NCBI GenBank assembly: GCA_026936335.1
Contig: JAPMXV010000046.1
Span: forward strand, 62,001-126,000
Source of the DNA: Mantamonas sphyraenae STR306
Taxonomy: Eukaryota > Protista > CRuMs
Length of the DNA stretch: 64,000 nt
Reading direction: 5' to 3'
This document shows positions 1 to 11,300 of this stretch, in pieces. The position numbers and the translations under genes are program-made. Under the pieces are notes generated by a model. The model saw only the letters and a program-made list of their open reading frames with translations. It was not told the DNA's origin and made no database searches. Each line of letters starts with the position of its first letter. Within the stretch, counting starts at the first letter, position 1.

Positions 1-92
1 GGTTGCGCTCGCAGGCAAACAGACGCAAGGCGGATGCGCAGCAGGAGATGCAACCGGCAGCATTTGTGGTTTGACAGGAATGGAACTTGCTC

Positions 93-1133
93 TCATTTGG
101 GCCGGAACACATCTCGGATGGCACCCCATACGCCCGATGATCGCTTCTTGGCCCCCTCCCAACGCCGCAGATCTTCTTCTCGGTCCACAGGCGTGTACCA
201 CGACGGGAAGTGTGCCTCGAGGTGTGGGTTGAATCGGTAGTTGAGAAGCAGCTCTGTTTGGTCATCTGTGTCGTGTCCAATGTATCGTGTGGCCACAGAA
301 ACGACCAAACGCACAGGGATACTCGCTCCAGCAGGGCCAGACGTGTCTACATCGCGGCTGTCGGGCTCAATAAAGTTAATGGAGGGCAACCAGTCCTCCA
401 GCGAAGCGTCTGGCAACTTTCCAGGTTCAATGTCCAGTGCATAGTTGACCACATTGGGTTGCTCCCCCGCGGGTGGGTGGTTGGCGTACTGGGCTATCGC
501 AAAGGCGTTGTGAGGCTTGGCGGCGATTCGCTGTGCGAGGCGTGCATTGATGCTTGGCGAGCCATCGTCTTCGTTGTCGTCTTGATCCAGCAGCTGGACA
601 GCAGCCTGGACCTCTGGGCGGCGATGCGTGGCCCACGCGTTTCCGTCGACAATTGTTCCGTCGTAGCAACTGTAGAGGAAGCCGTTCTCGTCGGCAATGT
701 TTGGGAAGCCTGGCAGGTGGCGAAACTGGGCTGGTCGAAAGACGACACCGGCATAGAGACCAACGACAGTGCCCTTTTCGGCCATGCCATGCAAGATGAC
801 GCCCAACCCGGCGTCGGGGATGTCGCTCGGTTGCAAGGAGAGAGAAAAGTCGGACTGGGAGCGCAGGGAACCCAGCTGAGCACAGATGTTTGTGTCAAGC
901 AAAGCCTTGAGGTCCGGGACAGGCAGTTGCATGATGCGCTTGGACTCGACCTCGACAAAGTGCTGGATGAGTTCGTCGGTGGGTTCGTGTGGGTCGTCAA
1001 GTTTGCTCTGCTCGGCATGAAAAGTGGTGAGCAGACACAGGCGGCGCATGTCGATTTCTTCTTGCAGCGTGCGTGTGGCAAAGCGTCTGTCCACCTCTCG
1101 GGTCACTGCGCGATCCAGCCACCTGCGGAACAT
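93..1133 (-). CDS. SETD9: SET-domain protein, SETD9-like (347 codons, MFRRWLDR...)
   Basis: SET motifs IPDAGLGV..G...GTVVGLYAG, YANHPP..QPNV and ELLLNYRF. ATG at 1133; the ORF-track extension to 1625 is antisense to the next gene. Confidence 0.75.
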   Translation of the reverse strand: MFRRWLDRAVTREVDRRFATRTLQEEIDMRRLCLLTTFHAEQSKLDDPHEPTDELIQHFVEVESKRIMQLPVPDLKALLDTNICAQLGSLRSQSDFSLSLQPSDIPDAGLGVILHGMAEKGTVVGLYAGVVFRPAQFRHLPGFPNIADENGFLYSCYDGTIVDGNAWATHRRPEVQAAVQLLDQDDNEDDGSPSINARLAQRIAAKPHNAFAIAQYANHPPAGEQPNVVNYALDIEPGKLPDASLEDWLPSINFIEPDSRDVDTSGPAGASIPVRLVVSVATRYIGHDTDDQTELLLNYRFNPHLEAHFPSWYTPVDREEDLRRWEGAKKRSSGVWGAIRDVFRPK

Positions 1134-1187
1134 CGGTGTCGTCGTGGGTTCGCCAGCGCGGCTTGGCACAACAACGGAGTAGAGTAG

Positions 1188-2051
1188 ATGAGCAGCAGCA
1201 GCAGCGACAACAACGGCGACAGCGGGATGCCCGGGAAGATGCGGTGTGTGAGTGTGCTGTACACGGGCAAGGTGCAGGTTCAAGTCAAGGAGGACGGCCA
1301 AGACGGCGAGGTGGAGTGGCGCGTGTTTGACGACGCGTGTGCCACGCAGAGCGTCGAGGTGCAACTGGGAAGCAACCAGTGTCTGCCCGTGCTGGAAGAG
1401 CAGTTGGCCAGCATGGCCGTCGGGGACAAAGGCGTGGTGCGTTGTGCGGCGTCGCTGGTACTGGACAAGGAACGCCGCGAGGCCCTGGGCGTGGCCGAGG
1501 AAGGCGAGGCCGAGTACAACGTGGAGGTGGTGGCAGAGAGGGAAGAACAGGCGGCACGGAAGCCTCAGAGTGCAGACGAGGCAGTGGCCATGGCAGAGGA
1601 GTGGAAGCGGGAAGGAAACACACACTACAACAAGCGAGAATGGAAGCAGGCCGGCAGCATGTACAGGATGGCCCTGATGGCCCTGGAGACAATGGAAAAG
1701 GACAGTGAACTGTCACAGCAGCTGGTTTCGGGTGGCCAGGGAAAGGTCAACAAGCTGCGTGTTGCACTGCTGAACAACTGGAGCACAGTGCTTTGCAAGG
1801 ACGACGCGTGGACGCAGAACAAGGCTGTGTGTGACCGTGTGTTTAAGAACAGCACCCAAGTGCTGCGCATTGACGATGTGTCAGCCAAGGCACTGTATCG
1901 TAGGGGCCAGGTGTATGCACTGCGCGAAGAGTGGCAACAGGCCGTGGACGACCTGGAACGCGCCATGCAGCTCGCTCCAAAGGACTCTGCCATACGCACA
2001 GAGTACCAGCAGGCAAAGGAGGCGTTGAACGAGTCGCTCAAAGTGTTTTGA
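1188..2051 (+). CDS. FKBP-like domain + TPR co-chaperone (FKBP4/8/AIP-like)
   Basis: Degenerate FKBP fold (VQLGSNQCLPVLEEQLASMAVGDK..YNVEV) followed by TPRs (AEEWKREGNTHY; KALYRRGQVY..AVDDLERAMQLAPKD). Confidence 0.75.
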   Translation: MSSSSSDNNGDSGMPGKMRCVSVLYTGKVQVQVKEDGQDGEVEWRVFDDACATQSVEVQLGSNQCLPVLEEQLASMAVGDKGVVRCAASLVLDKERREALGVAEEGEAEYNVEVVAEREEQAARKPQSADEAVAMAEEWKREGNTHYNKREWKQAGSMYRMALMALETMEKDSELSQQLVSGGQGKVNKLRVALLNNWSTVLCKDDAWTQNKAVCDRVFKNSTQVLRIDDVSAKALYRRGQVYALREEWQQAVDDLERAMQLAPKDSAIRTEYQQAKEALNESLKVF

Positions 2052-2132
2052 GCGAGCACCGCGAGATGGCGGGCGAGCAAATACAGGCAGTTGGAGTGCG
2101 CTTGCGCAGACACCCACAACACAGAAATATCC

Positions 2133-2804
2133 ATGTTTGCACGTCGGGCAGGCGGAACATGTGGCATTCTACAGCGATGCAACATGAGCACGCTGGCTCT
2201 TGACTCTGTGGTGGATCTGGACAAGCTGAGGGCGGAAGAAGCGGAAACGATTGAGCGGATCTGGACGGAGCACCACAGCACGAAGGAAGGGTGTTCGGCA
2301 TGCATCCCAACAAGCACATACGAGACAATGATTGAACGTGCGCGGGAACACCCCAACTTTGTGTTGCCTGTGCTTCGTGGAGGAGAAAAGGTGCAGTTCC
2401 AATTCCTGCAGTGGCGGTTCGGCGACGAAGCAGCCCAGCGGGGCAACCAAGGCGCCATGGTGGTGGGTCAACAGGCAGCATCGACAATGCATGGAATAAG
2501 CTCTGTGCCTTCGAGCACGGTGCTCATCACGTCCCTGGATGCCTTCAAAACGCAGGGCACTGCCGCTCAGCCGAGCCTGACCCTGGAGCACTTTCCGGAA
2601 CTGAGCGAAACCAAGGGGCTGGTGCTCATGCGTGGTTCTCTGCACGACCACAACGTGGACAGCACCGATGCAAAGTGGCTGGCGAACCAACTGTCGCTGT
2701 ACTACCTTGCGGAGCAGGGCACCGAGCGTGCAAAGCTTCTTGACACATTCACCAACCGGCCAGAGGAGTTTGAATGGGGGGAGCTGCTTTCCATTGCCAC
2801 GTAG
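2133..2804 (+). CDS. ATP11: Mitochondrial F1-ATPase assembly factor 1
   Basis: LDSVVDLDKL..IERIWTEHH, HPNFVLPV, FLQW, TSLDAFK and FPELSETKGLVLMRG match ATP11/ATPAF1; Arg-rich N-terminus MFARR. Confidence 0.85.
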   Translation: MFARRAGGTCGILQRCNMSTLALDSVVDLDKLRAEEAETIERIWTEHHSTKEGCSACIPTSTYETMIERAREHPNFVLPVLRGGEKVQFQFLQWRFGDEAAQRGNQGAMVVGQQAASTMHGISSVPSSTVLITSLDAFKTQGTAAQPSLTLEHFPELSETKGLVLMRGSLHDHNVDSTDAKWLANQLSLYYLAEQGTERAKLLDTFTNRPEEFEWGELLSIAT

Positions 2805-2845
2805 GCAGCGACTTGTCAAGACACACCCACACACCCTCAACGTCT

Positions 2846-4498
2846 TCAATCCAGCGTGGCCAGAAACACCTCCATGGCTTCTGTGTCGAGAACGTCCACC
2901 AGATCTTCGTCGTCACGCAGTTCGTCTGCCGTGAGCTCACCGAGGGCCTGTGCTTGTTCCAGGTGCGTCACAACCGCTTCGGGTCCCTTTCCGAGCATGG
3001 CAGCAGCGCAGGCTGCATTGTACGCTGTTTCGTGTTGTGGATCGTTCTCCAGGCAGGCAACAAAGCCCTGGTAGGCTGTGTGGAGTGCTTGGACGCAGTT
3101 GGTGGTGGCTTCGTCGCCTGACTGGCGTTTGTACAATTTGGCCAATTCGAAATGAACTTCGCTGTTCTTGAGATCCACCTGGGGCGTGTTCTTGTCGATG
3201 GACTTGACGGTCTGCACGACAGCCGCAGCCCTGAGCAGCTGTTCGATTCCCTCGTGCACATCATCATCGTCTTGAGTTTCGCTCACCACGTTTGCATACG
3301 ACACATGCGCATCAATGAGGTTCTGCAGCGTCTCCAGGTCCATGTTCTGCATCTTGTGTGCCGCCAGGATCTGTTCTACGCCCAGGCGGCTGTGCTCCAT
3401 GGCCAGATCTGCGTCATCCAGAGCCAGGCTGATGTTGGCTGCGACTTGATGCGCCTGGCCAAGGTGCAGTGCCACTGTGTGCTTCCAGCGCTTGGAGGCG
3501 GCCGAAGCAGCAAGGTTGGTGCTGAGGGAGACGCCCAGGCGCAAGGCGGCGGAGCTGACCTGCACATTGTCCTGGTCGGTGCTTTCGAGCTCGGAGCAGG
3601 CATGGAGCATGTTCATGGCCACCTGAGTGGCAAGCAGACGCAGGGAATTGGGCTCGGTGGCTTCTTGCAGCTGCATTTGCAGCGCTTCGTCTGCATACAC
3701 GGAGGAAGCCAGGCTGCCCAGGACAGCGTACGCCTGTGGCTCTTCCATAAGTTCGACTTGGGTGTCGGTGAGCACCTGCTGTTGGAACTCGACGCGTTGC
3801 AGGATCACAGAGGCGCTGGTGAACAAGGTGCTTCGGTCGGCGAACGCGCCTTCGTTGGCCTCACACAGGGACGAGGCACACTTGGTTGCGGACAACAACA
3901 GATCGTCCACTTGTTCGGGCGCTCGTGTCTCCTCTTCGCGTGTGGCTTGCCACAAGAGGGCGCTCATGGCGTTGGCCAAGCCTTCCTGGTGGTCCGGCTG
4001 CAGCTGCAGAACACCAAAGTACGTGGAGATGCACGCGTGCAGGGCAGTGGTGCAGGCATCTCGCTCGTCACTCTCCTCCTCACCCTCCTCATGCTCCCCG
4101 TTCGGTTTCCCCGCCTCTGTCTCGTCTTCTTCCAGAAGCAGGGCGTACTCATGTTGGCAGGCGGCCTGATTGAACAACAGATCCGCTGCACTCAGCATCC
4201 CGTCAGCCGTTCGTTCGCTCTCCTCGGCTGCTTCATACGCGGCCACCACGGCTTCGTACTGTTCCAGGGCAGCACGGAACGCCTTTCCCTTTTGTTTCCT
4301 CTCTGCGGCTTCGTGGGCCGCCACGGCAGCCTTGATCTGCTCCAGCAGACCGGTGGAGCTAGAGGAGCTAGAGGACGAGGACAACGATGAAGAACTGCCT
4401 GCTTCTTTGTTTTCTGCCCCTTTGCCTCCTCTGGCCTTGGCCTTGGCCTTGCCATTGCTCTTGCCAAAGCCCTTTTGCTTTTTGCCAAACCCAGCCAT
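2846..4498 (-). CDS. TPR-like helical repeat protein with basic N-terminus (550 aa)
   Basis: Long ATG-started ORF; TPR-like segments (LLFNQAAC; LQLQPDH; AYNAACAAAMLG...DEDL). Confidence 0.65.
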   Translation of the reverse strand: MAGFGKKQKGFGKSNGKAKAKARGGKGAENKEAGSSSSLSSSSSSSSSTGLLEQIKAAVAAHEAAERKQKGKAFRAALEQYEAVVAAYEAAEESERTADGMLSAADLLFNQAACQHEYALLLEEDETEAGKPNGEHEEGEEESDERDACTTALHACISTYFGVLQLQPDHQEGLANAMSALLWQATREEETRAPEQVDDLLLSATKCASSLCEANEGAFADRSTLFTSASVILQRVEFQQQVLTDTQVELMEEPQAYAVLGSLASSVYADEALQMQLQEATEPNSLRLLATQVAMNMLHACSELESTDQDNVQVSSAALRLGVSLSTNLAASAASKRWKHTVALHLGQAHQVAANISLALDDADLAMEHSRLGVEQILAAHKMQNMDLETLQNLIDAHVSYANVVSETQDDDDVHEGIEQLLRAAAVVQTVKSIDKNTPQVDLKNSEVHFELAKLYKRQSGDEATTNCVQALHTAYQGFVACLENDPQHETAYNAACAAAMLGKGPEAVVTHLEQAQALGELTADELRDDEDLVDVLDTEAMEVFLATLD

Positions 4499-4530
4499 GT
4501 TTTCGTTTGCGTGTGCAGTGCAACACTTCC

Positions 4531-5853
4531 CTACTTGGGTTCGACTTGCACCAGTCGGATGTTTCGAGCGTGGTGCAAACGCCCGTTTGCATCTCGGCTC
4601 TCCTGAATTGAGGAGGCAACCTGGACGTGACCTTCGAGCAGCTGGGCAGCGGGCGCATTGGTGTCAAAGTGGCGCAGGTGTTCGTTGCGCACAATGGCCA
4701 TGACCATGGGGGTGTTGCTGTTTTGTGCGTGTCGTTTCGCATCTGGGGTGAATCCTGCGTCCGAGGAGAGGATGCCCAGGCGAGGCAGAGCCGACTCGGC
4801 CGCTTGTTGCAAAGCGCCTTCAAACTCGCGCACCACGCCGGCGGACACGCGTCTCTTTGTCTTCTTGCACTGCACAACCACAGAGAGTCCTTGGACAGCA
4901 GGCCACTCGCCGTGCAGATCGATGCCTCGGTCGTAGGCTGCCCCTGTGCGCGAGAGAACCATCCCTTGCGCTTCGAGCGCGTGCTGGCATTCGTACTCGT
5001 ACACTGTGCCCACGTGGTATGTCGACTCTGTGTCTGCGTCGTTGCTCTCTTGGAACGCCAGGAAAGAGGCCAGGTCGCTGTGCTGCTCTGTCTTGAGCGG
5101 TGCCCTGGTCCGCAGCTGGTCCGCACGGGCCGAGGTTCTTGTCGTCCTGTCCGGCGTTGCAGTCACGAGGTCGTCTGAGAAAAAGTCCACGTATTGCACG
5201 CTGTTGCCTGTGTTTCCTGTGTTGTTGTCGTTGTTGTCGTTGTTCATGGTGGATGGCTGTGCATCCTGGGAGTGTTGCCAGTCCTGTTCCCGTTCCAGCT
5301 CCTCCAGCATCTCCAACACGCCTTGTGTGGGTGGGGGCGGAGTGCCCATGCCATTAAATATGCCCCCCGGTGATGATTGCGCGTGCGTGGCCTGTGCCAC
5401 CGTCTCCTCCTCCTGGTGCATGGTCGCCACTGTGGTTTCTGCTTTGGTGTTCGTCTCGAGCTCGTTTGATTCAGCCCCTGCGGGCTTGTTGGTCGGCCTG
5501 GGAGTGCCCCTTTCCCCTCCGTACGTCTCTTTCTGTGTGCCGATGTGTGGGGAATCGTGTAGCACCGCCCGTTCCTGCCCCGACGGCTGTTGCACGTGTT
5601 GCGGAGCGGAATGCGGAGCAAGTTCCGCTTCGGCCAGCAGCGAGACCACTCCCTGCTGCATGTGTTCCAGGGACACAACCTGAGGCTGCCACTGGGCATC
5701 CGTGCCATCTACGTGCGACTCGTGTCGACGCTCCTCCGCCTTTGTTTCCTCCCCATTGTCTTTCTTGGTCACTTCATTGCATGTGTGCAAGCTCGCCCAA
5801 CGTCCGGCTCCGCCTACGCGTATGTGTTCGAAGCTTCGCACTCCCCGCAACAT
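4531..5853 (-). CDS. RRG7: RRG7/DUF2034-like mitochondrial protein with restriction-endonuclease-like (PD-(D/E)xK) domain
   Basis: HSDLASFL...STYHVGTVYEY...LSRTGAAYDRGIDLHGEW..VVVQCKK..VVREFEGA resembles fungal DUF2034; presequence-like start MLRGVRSF at 5853. Confidence 0.7.
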   Translation of the reverse strand: MLRGVRSFEHIRVGGAGRWASLHTCNEVTKKDNGEETKAEERRHESHVDGTDAQWQPQVVSLEHMQQGVVSLLAEAELAPHSAPQHVQQPSGQERAVLHDSPHIGTQKETYGGERGTPRPTNKPAGAESNELETNTKAETTVATMHQEEETVAQATHAQSSPGGIFNGMGTPPPPTQGVLEMLEELEREQDWQHSQDAQPSTMNNDNNDNNTGNTGNSVQYVDFFSDDLVTATPDRTTRTSARADQLRTRAPLKTEQHSDLASFLAFQESNDADTESTYHVGTVYEYECQHALEAQGMVLSRTGAAYDRGIDLHGEWPAVQGLSVVVQCKKTKRRVSAGVVREFEGALQQAAESALPRLGILSSDAGFTPDAKRHAQNSNTPMVMAIVRNEHLRHFDTNAPAAQLLEGHVQVASSIQESRDANGRLHHARNIRLVQVEPK

Positions 5854-5885
5854 CCGAGATGGAAAAGTATGCGTTGCTTTTGATA

Positions 5886-5887
5886 TG

Positions 5888-5918
<31 letters not shown>

Positions 5919-5945
5919 TGTCTGTCTGTGTCTCTGTGTGTGTGC
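5886..5945. repeat. (TG)n microsatellite
   Basis: Imperfect TG run in the UNC50/RRG7 spacer. Confidence 0.9.
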
Positions 5946-5989
5946 GCACTGTGCTTGGCAAAACTCCACTCCTGGCCCTGGCAGCGCAC

Positions 5990-7075
5990 TCAGCTGAAAT
6001 AGAACCAGACCAGCAGACGGGTGGAATTGATGCCTGCAATGTTCCACATGATAAACACAATGCCCAGGGGAGCAATGGGGCTCAGGAAGTAGTTTGCGCT
6101 CTCGACAAAGGGCAACACGGAGAAGCCCACGTATGTCTGGTAGTAGTAGACCGAGATGGCGCCGTAACACACGGCGTTGGCCAGAATGGTGCTGAAGATG
6201 GAGTCGGTGAGCAGCACGGGCAGCAGGACGTACTGCAGAATGTACACAATCTGTGTGGGGCGCGCAGAGGTCAGCACGGCGGCGCAACACGGAAGCGCAG
6301 AGGCCACAGTCTCCTTGTGCTCTCCACAAAGGAGGACCCACACTGGCCCAATCATGAAAACAAACGTACCACAAAGGTGCTGAAGAAGGAGTTGCAGTGG
6401 ACGTCAAAGGCGTACGCCCATTCCACACGTTGCTCGACGCTATGCGACGAAGGAGCTTCGCGCACTCGAAGATACTTGTTGGCCAGCCACCAGGTAATGG
6501 TGGCGGTGACAATACCCACCAGCAGCAGGTCGACAAACACGGTCCACAGGAGCAGGCGTACGAAATCCAGAACCCCGGCGTTGTGGAAGCAGATGCCCCA
6601 GCCTCCGGCCGCCGCCAGAATGAAGCCGGCCATGAGCACAAGAAAGGCTGGGTCGTCACGAGCCCACTGGTTCTTGGTTTCTGCACAGGGGCCAACAGTA
6701 CGTGCAAGCATGCACGTGCAATCCTCCAGGTGTCAGTGTTTTTGCTGTTGACTCGGGCCCAATTCCGACTCCCGCCCTGCACACGAGGGCGGCGGCTGCG
6801 CGTGTGGCTGGATGGCCGCCGGCTCCCAACCTACGCTTGTGATACTTGATGATTTGGTACATGTACCATGGATCGACGAGCAGGTAGATCATCTGCCACA
6901 GCGCCTGTTCAAAGTCCATCTGCTGGAAGTTCAGCACGCGTCGAAGGTACTGTGGCAGCTGCGAACTCGCGCTGTACCGCAGGCCAGGCAGGCCTTGAGT
7001 CGACCCTGCACCAGACCCGTTCCCAGGCGACCCTGGCACAGCTGTGTACCTGTTGCTGGTTGAGCTGCCGAGCAT
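5990..7075 (-). CDS. UNC50: UNC-50/Gmh1 Golgi membrane protein; exons 7075-6835, 6680-6370, 6250-5990
   Basis: QMDFEQALWQM, spliced YHK|QTKNQWARDDPAF, VEWAYAFDVHCNSFF; GT-AG introns 6681-6834 and 6251-6369 restore the frame. Confidence 0.92.
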
Positions 7076-7139
7076 GTGGCGCCGAGTGTTTGGTTGCTGC
7101 CGCGCCGAGCCCTCGCTTCGCCATCCATATTCAAACACC

Positions 7140-8225
7140 ATGTCCGAGCAGGTATGTGCACGACCCACCTTCTTCCACCACACCTTCTGCACACTGCACA
7201 CACAGCACATCCAGCGTCCATGGGTGTTCGCACCATGGCTCTGTGTCCTGCTCCAGTCGTGGCAGAGACCAACCTGGCTGCAAAAAGCAAGCTGCTTGCA
7301 ATTTGGCACCGTCGTTTCGTCCTCCTCCACGACGTACAGCTTCGCCTGTGCCTCCACATGGCCACCTTTGCGTGCCACGTCGATGCATGCATCGCCCCAC
7401 ACCCATGGACCAGTGTCTATCGCGCCTCGTTGGCCGTGCAGCGGCGTCTGTGTGCTTTGGCTGCAAATTCGCATGCGCCAGGCCCCACCTCGCTCCGCCG
7501 CAAAACGGTGCAAACACCCTGTGCACGCCTGTGCAGCACTTGCATGCCTTGCCACGCCTGTCTAAGCCACGTTGCACATGTCAGCCATGGCTCGCCATGC
7601 CCTGCTGCTGCTGTGCGGCGCTGTCCCAAGCCTTGATGCTTTTTTCGCATGCGACCCTCGTGAGGCTTCCGTCGCTCGTGCCAGGTCACACATACGTCGA
7701 ACACTCTTCGCATGCACTCACACACCTCTATCACGCCCGTCTCCACCCTACCCGCAGAACGAGCGAGCATTCCAGCAGCAGCCGCCTATCTTTGTGGGCT
7801 CCAAGCGCCTGTTGGCCAAGGGCAGCCAGGGCAAGCTGGGTCGCTACACGCGCAACGTGGGTCTGGGCTTCAAGACCCCCCAGGAGGCCATCGAGGGCAA
7901 CTACATTGACAAGAAGTGCCCCTTCACCGGCAACGTCAGCATCCGTGGCCGCATCCTCCGTGGTATCGTCGTCAGCAACAAGATGAACCGCACCATTGTC
8001 GTCCGCCGCAACTACCTGCACTACCTCAAGAAGTACAACCGCTTCGAGAAGCGCCACAGCAACGTCAGCGCTCACCTCAGCCCGGCCTTCATCAACGTCA
8101 AGGAGGGTGACATCGTGACCGTCGGCCAGTGCCGCCCGCTGAGCAAGACCGTCCGCTTCAACGTCCTGGACGTCAAGCCCCAGCTCATCATTGGCAACCC
8201 CAAGAAGTCCTTCCAGCTGTTTTAA
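7140..8225 (+). CDS. RPS11: 40S ribosomal protein S11 (uS17); exons 7140-7151, 7758-8225
   Basis: MSEQ|NERAFQ...[19 protein letters not shown]...[14 protein letters not shown]; donor GTATGT at 7152, acceptor CAG at 7757; strong C-ending codon bias. Confidence 0.97.
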
Positions 8226-8341
8226 ATTGCGGAACTGAAATGCAAAGCCATGTTTTGCCTGCCTCGTGCCTCCCTCCTGCTCCTCGTTTCCTTCTCCTTC
8301 TCCTCCTTCTCTTCGCCAACCCCGCCAACACCGCCACCCGC

Positions 8342-11300
8342 TCACTTGCGAAACTGCCGGAGCCGTGAGATCCTCCATGCGTCTTGGTGCTCGGCATACC
8401 TGTCGTACAGCGGCACAATCTTCTCCTGGCGCTTGCGCTTTGAGAGCTGGCTCGCGTCCGCCGACTTGTAAAACTTCCCGGCAAGCTCTGTCAGCCACTC
8501 GGGCTTGATCATTGTACACTCGTTCATGTACGCCTTTGTTGTTTCACGAATGGTGTGGAACACCACCCATTCGGGGTTCTTGCCAAACAGCGACGATCCG
8601 GGATGGATGTACACCACCTGGTTGTCCACCAGCTTCCTGTACCCCTCCTGTGGGTCCCGCTTGGCAACGTTGCGGAACATTCCAGACACAATAGCCTTGC
8701 GCACAGACACCCAGTCCTTGCCCACCGACTCGATAGGCAGTGAGAACCGCGAAAATAGATTCGCCAGTTGCAGCCGCACGTCGCTCGCTCGTCGCAGCCC
8801 TCGGCTCTGCACGTAGTTCTCTTGCGCCCACGCGTTGCTGCAGTTGTTTCTCTTCCACGCGTTGTACACTGCCAGAAGCGTAAGGTGGTCTCCTTCGGGC
8901 TGAAAGAATCGCGACTTTCGCTGGTCTGCAACTGCCTGCTTCTCCCGTGGCCTGTAGAACACACTTTGCACAGACAACATGCCCACAATCGTCAGGATTT
9001 CCTCGGCACATCCAAAGTCCACGCTCTTGATCAGCATCTTGCTCATCGCCGGCTCCAGCGGAAACTCGGCCATCTTGCGCCCCAAGCGCGTCAGCAGTCC
9101 CTCCTCATCCAGTGCCTCCAGGTGGTAAAGCGACTCCATGGCTGCCACCAGCGTCTGCATGGGCGGCGGATCCATAAAGTCAAAGTGGAGAAGGTCGTTG
9201 ATGCCCATTGCCTTGAGCATCAGCACCGTGTTGCCCAGGTTTGTGCGCTGGATTTCAGGCACGCTGTTTGGCAGCATTTCGTTGTTGTATGCACTTTCCG
9301 TGTACAAACGGTAGCATTTGCCCGGGCCCGTGCGTCCTGCTCGGCCCATGCGCTGTTGCGCGCTTGCCTTGGAAATGGGCGTCACAACCAGGCTGTCCAT
9401 ACCCATCTGTGCGTTGTACACGTTTTGCTTGGCAAATCCGGGATCCACCACGTAGTAGATGCCATCGATTGTCAGCGAGGCTTCGGCGATGTTGGTTGCA
9501 ATCACCACCTTGCGCTTGCCACGAGGAGTTGGCTCGAAGATGCGCGTCTGCATCTCGCTCGGCAGCGCAGAGTACACCGGCAGGATGATCAGCTCGGGCA
9601 CACTCGACGGCAATGCTTTCATGCGTTCGTACAGAATTTGGCACGCCGTGTCGATTTCCTCCTGGCCCGTCAGAAACAGCAGGATGTCTCCCGGCGGCTC
9701 TTGCAGATGCACCTGCATCACCGTGATGAGCGCCGCTTCCAGGTAGTCTGCCTCTGCGTCCTTCGTGAACATCACCTCCACCGGGTAGGATCGGCCCGGG
9801 ATGCGGAAGATGGGACAATTGTTAAAATAGCGCGAAAACTTTTCCGCGTCCAGCGTGGCACTGGTCACAATCAGCTTCAAGTCCGGCCGCTGGGCTGCTG
9901 CCGCCTTCAGCAGACCAAACAGCACGTCCGTGTGGATGGTTCGCTCGTGCGCCTCGTCCAGAATGATCACCGAGTACTGCGACAAACTCGAGTCCACCAG
10001 ACACTCGCGCAACAGCATACCGTCCGTCATGTACTTGATCACCGTCTCCTTGGACGTGCAATCTTCGAAACGGATGCTGTACCCGACCTCGGCCCCAACA
10101 ATCACACCCATCTCCTCCGCCACGCGCTTGGCCACACTCATCGCAGCCACACGACGTGGCTGTGTGCAACCCACTCTGTGCCGTGCGTCAACCAGGCCAT
10201 CCTCCACCAAGTATTGTGTCATCTGCGTCGTTTTCCCGCTTCCAGTCTCACCAATCACCACCAGGATCTGATACTCCTTGATCGCGTCCATCAGCGCCTC
10301 TCGCAGCGCGTAGATGGGCAGCCCAGCACGCTGTTCCGCCATCGATTGTGTGCTCACCTTGCCAAAGCTCACGTTCTTCCCGTACGCATTGTCCTTCCAC
10401 TCTTCCTTGGGCGCCATGGCTGCTTGGTATCCTTCCCCTTGCAGCTCCTCAGCAAGGTGTCGCCCGCCCTGCGGCATGGGGTCGATCCACGGCGTTGTCA
10501 CGTCCTGTTTCACTGCATCCATGGCTGCCTGCTGTTCAGCCATCTTCATCTCGCGGCGTTCCCTCGCCAGCTCCATCTGTCGCTCCGCCGCGTCGGCCAT
10601 CGAACCCTGCATCGCCACCACCTTGACGGGCGAAAAGTCCTGCACTACCTTCTCGTGGTTGCGCAGGAACGTGGGCGCCACCTCAATCAGCTCCACTTCC
10701 ACCTCCTCCTGGTTCTCCAGATCCTCCTGTTGCAGCTCGCCCGTCTCTTCGTCAAACAAGGGATTGTCGCGCGGATCCAGCACTCCCGCCTGCACCAGCT
10801 GCTTCAATTCCCACCGGTCTTGTTCTGTCATGTGCTTGCGTGCACGCTTGGACTCGTGCTGTCCGTACGGTGTCTTTGTTCCAAAATCCAGTGTGGAGCG
10901 CACCGTGGACGACGAGGACGAGGACGACGCCGACGACCCAGGGTACGACGGATTCGATCCGCTGTTGCTGCTGCTGAATGCCATGTTGGCCAGTGCCGTT
11001 TGAGGATCCACCTTCATCAGCGGGCCCTGGTTGGCCGAGTAGTCTTGGATGGACAGGTCCTCTCCCGTGCGCTGGTCAATGTCCTTGCACGTCAAGCTGA
11101 TCTTGTGGCCGTTGATGGACTGCACCTTGACCTTGAGCACTTGGTTGCGTGCAACTGCCTCCTCCGCCACCACTCTACCCTGCGATCCAGGCGGCTGGGG
11201 CATCTGTGTCACGTGCAGCAGACCTTCTCGGTGTCCGTCCACTCCAAGCAAAAGCACAAACGCCCCGTACTCCTTGATGTTACGTACGCGTCCTTCATAC

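Noticed and set aside
93-5853. Functional cluster of mitochondrial genes (SETD9-like, ATP11, RRG7-like)
   Set aside because: Only three genes, interleaved with unrelated ones; compatible with chance.
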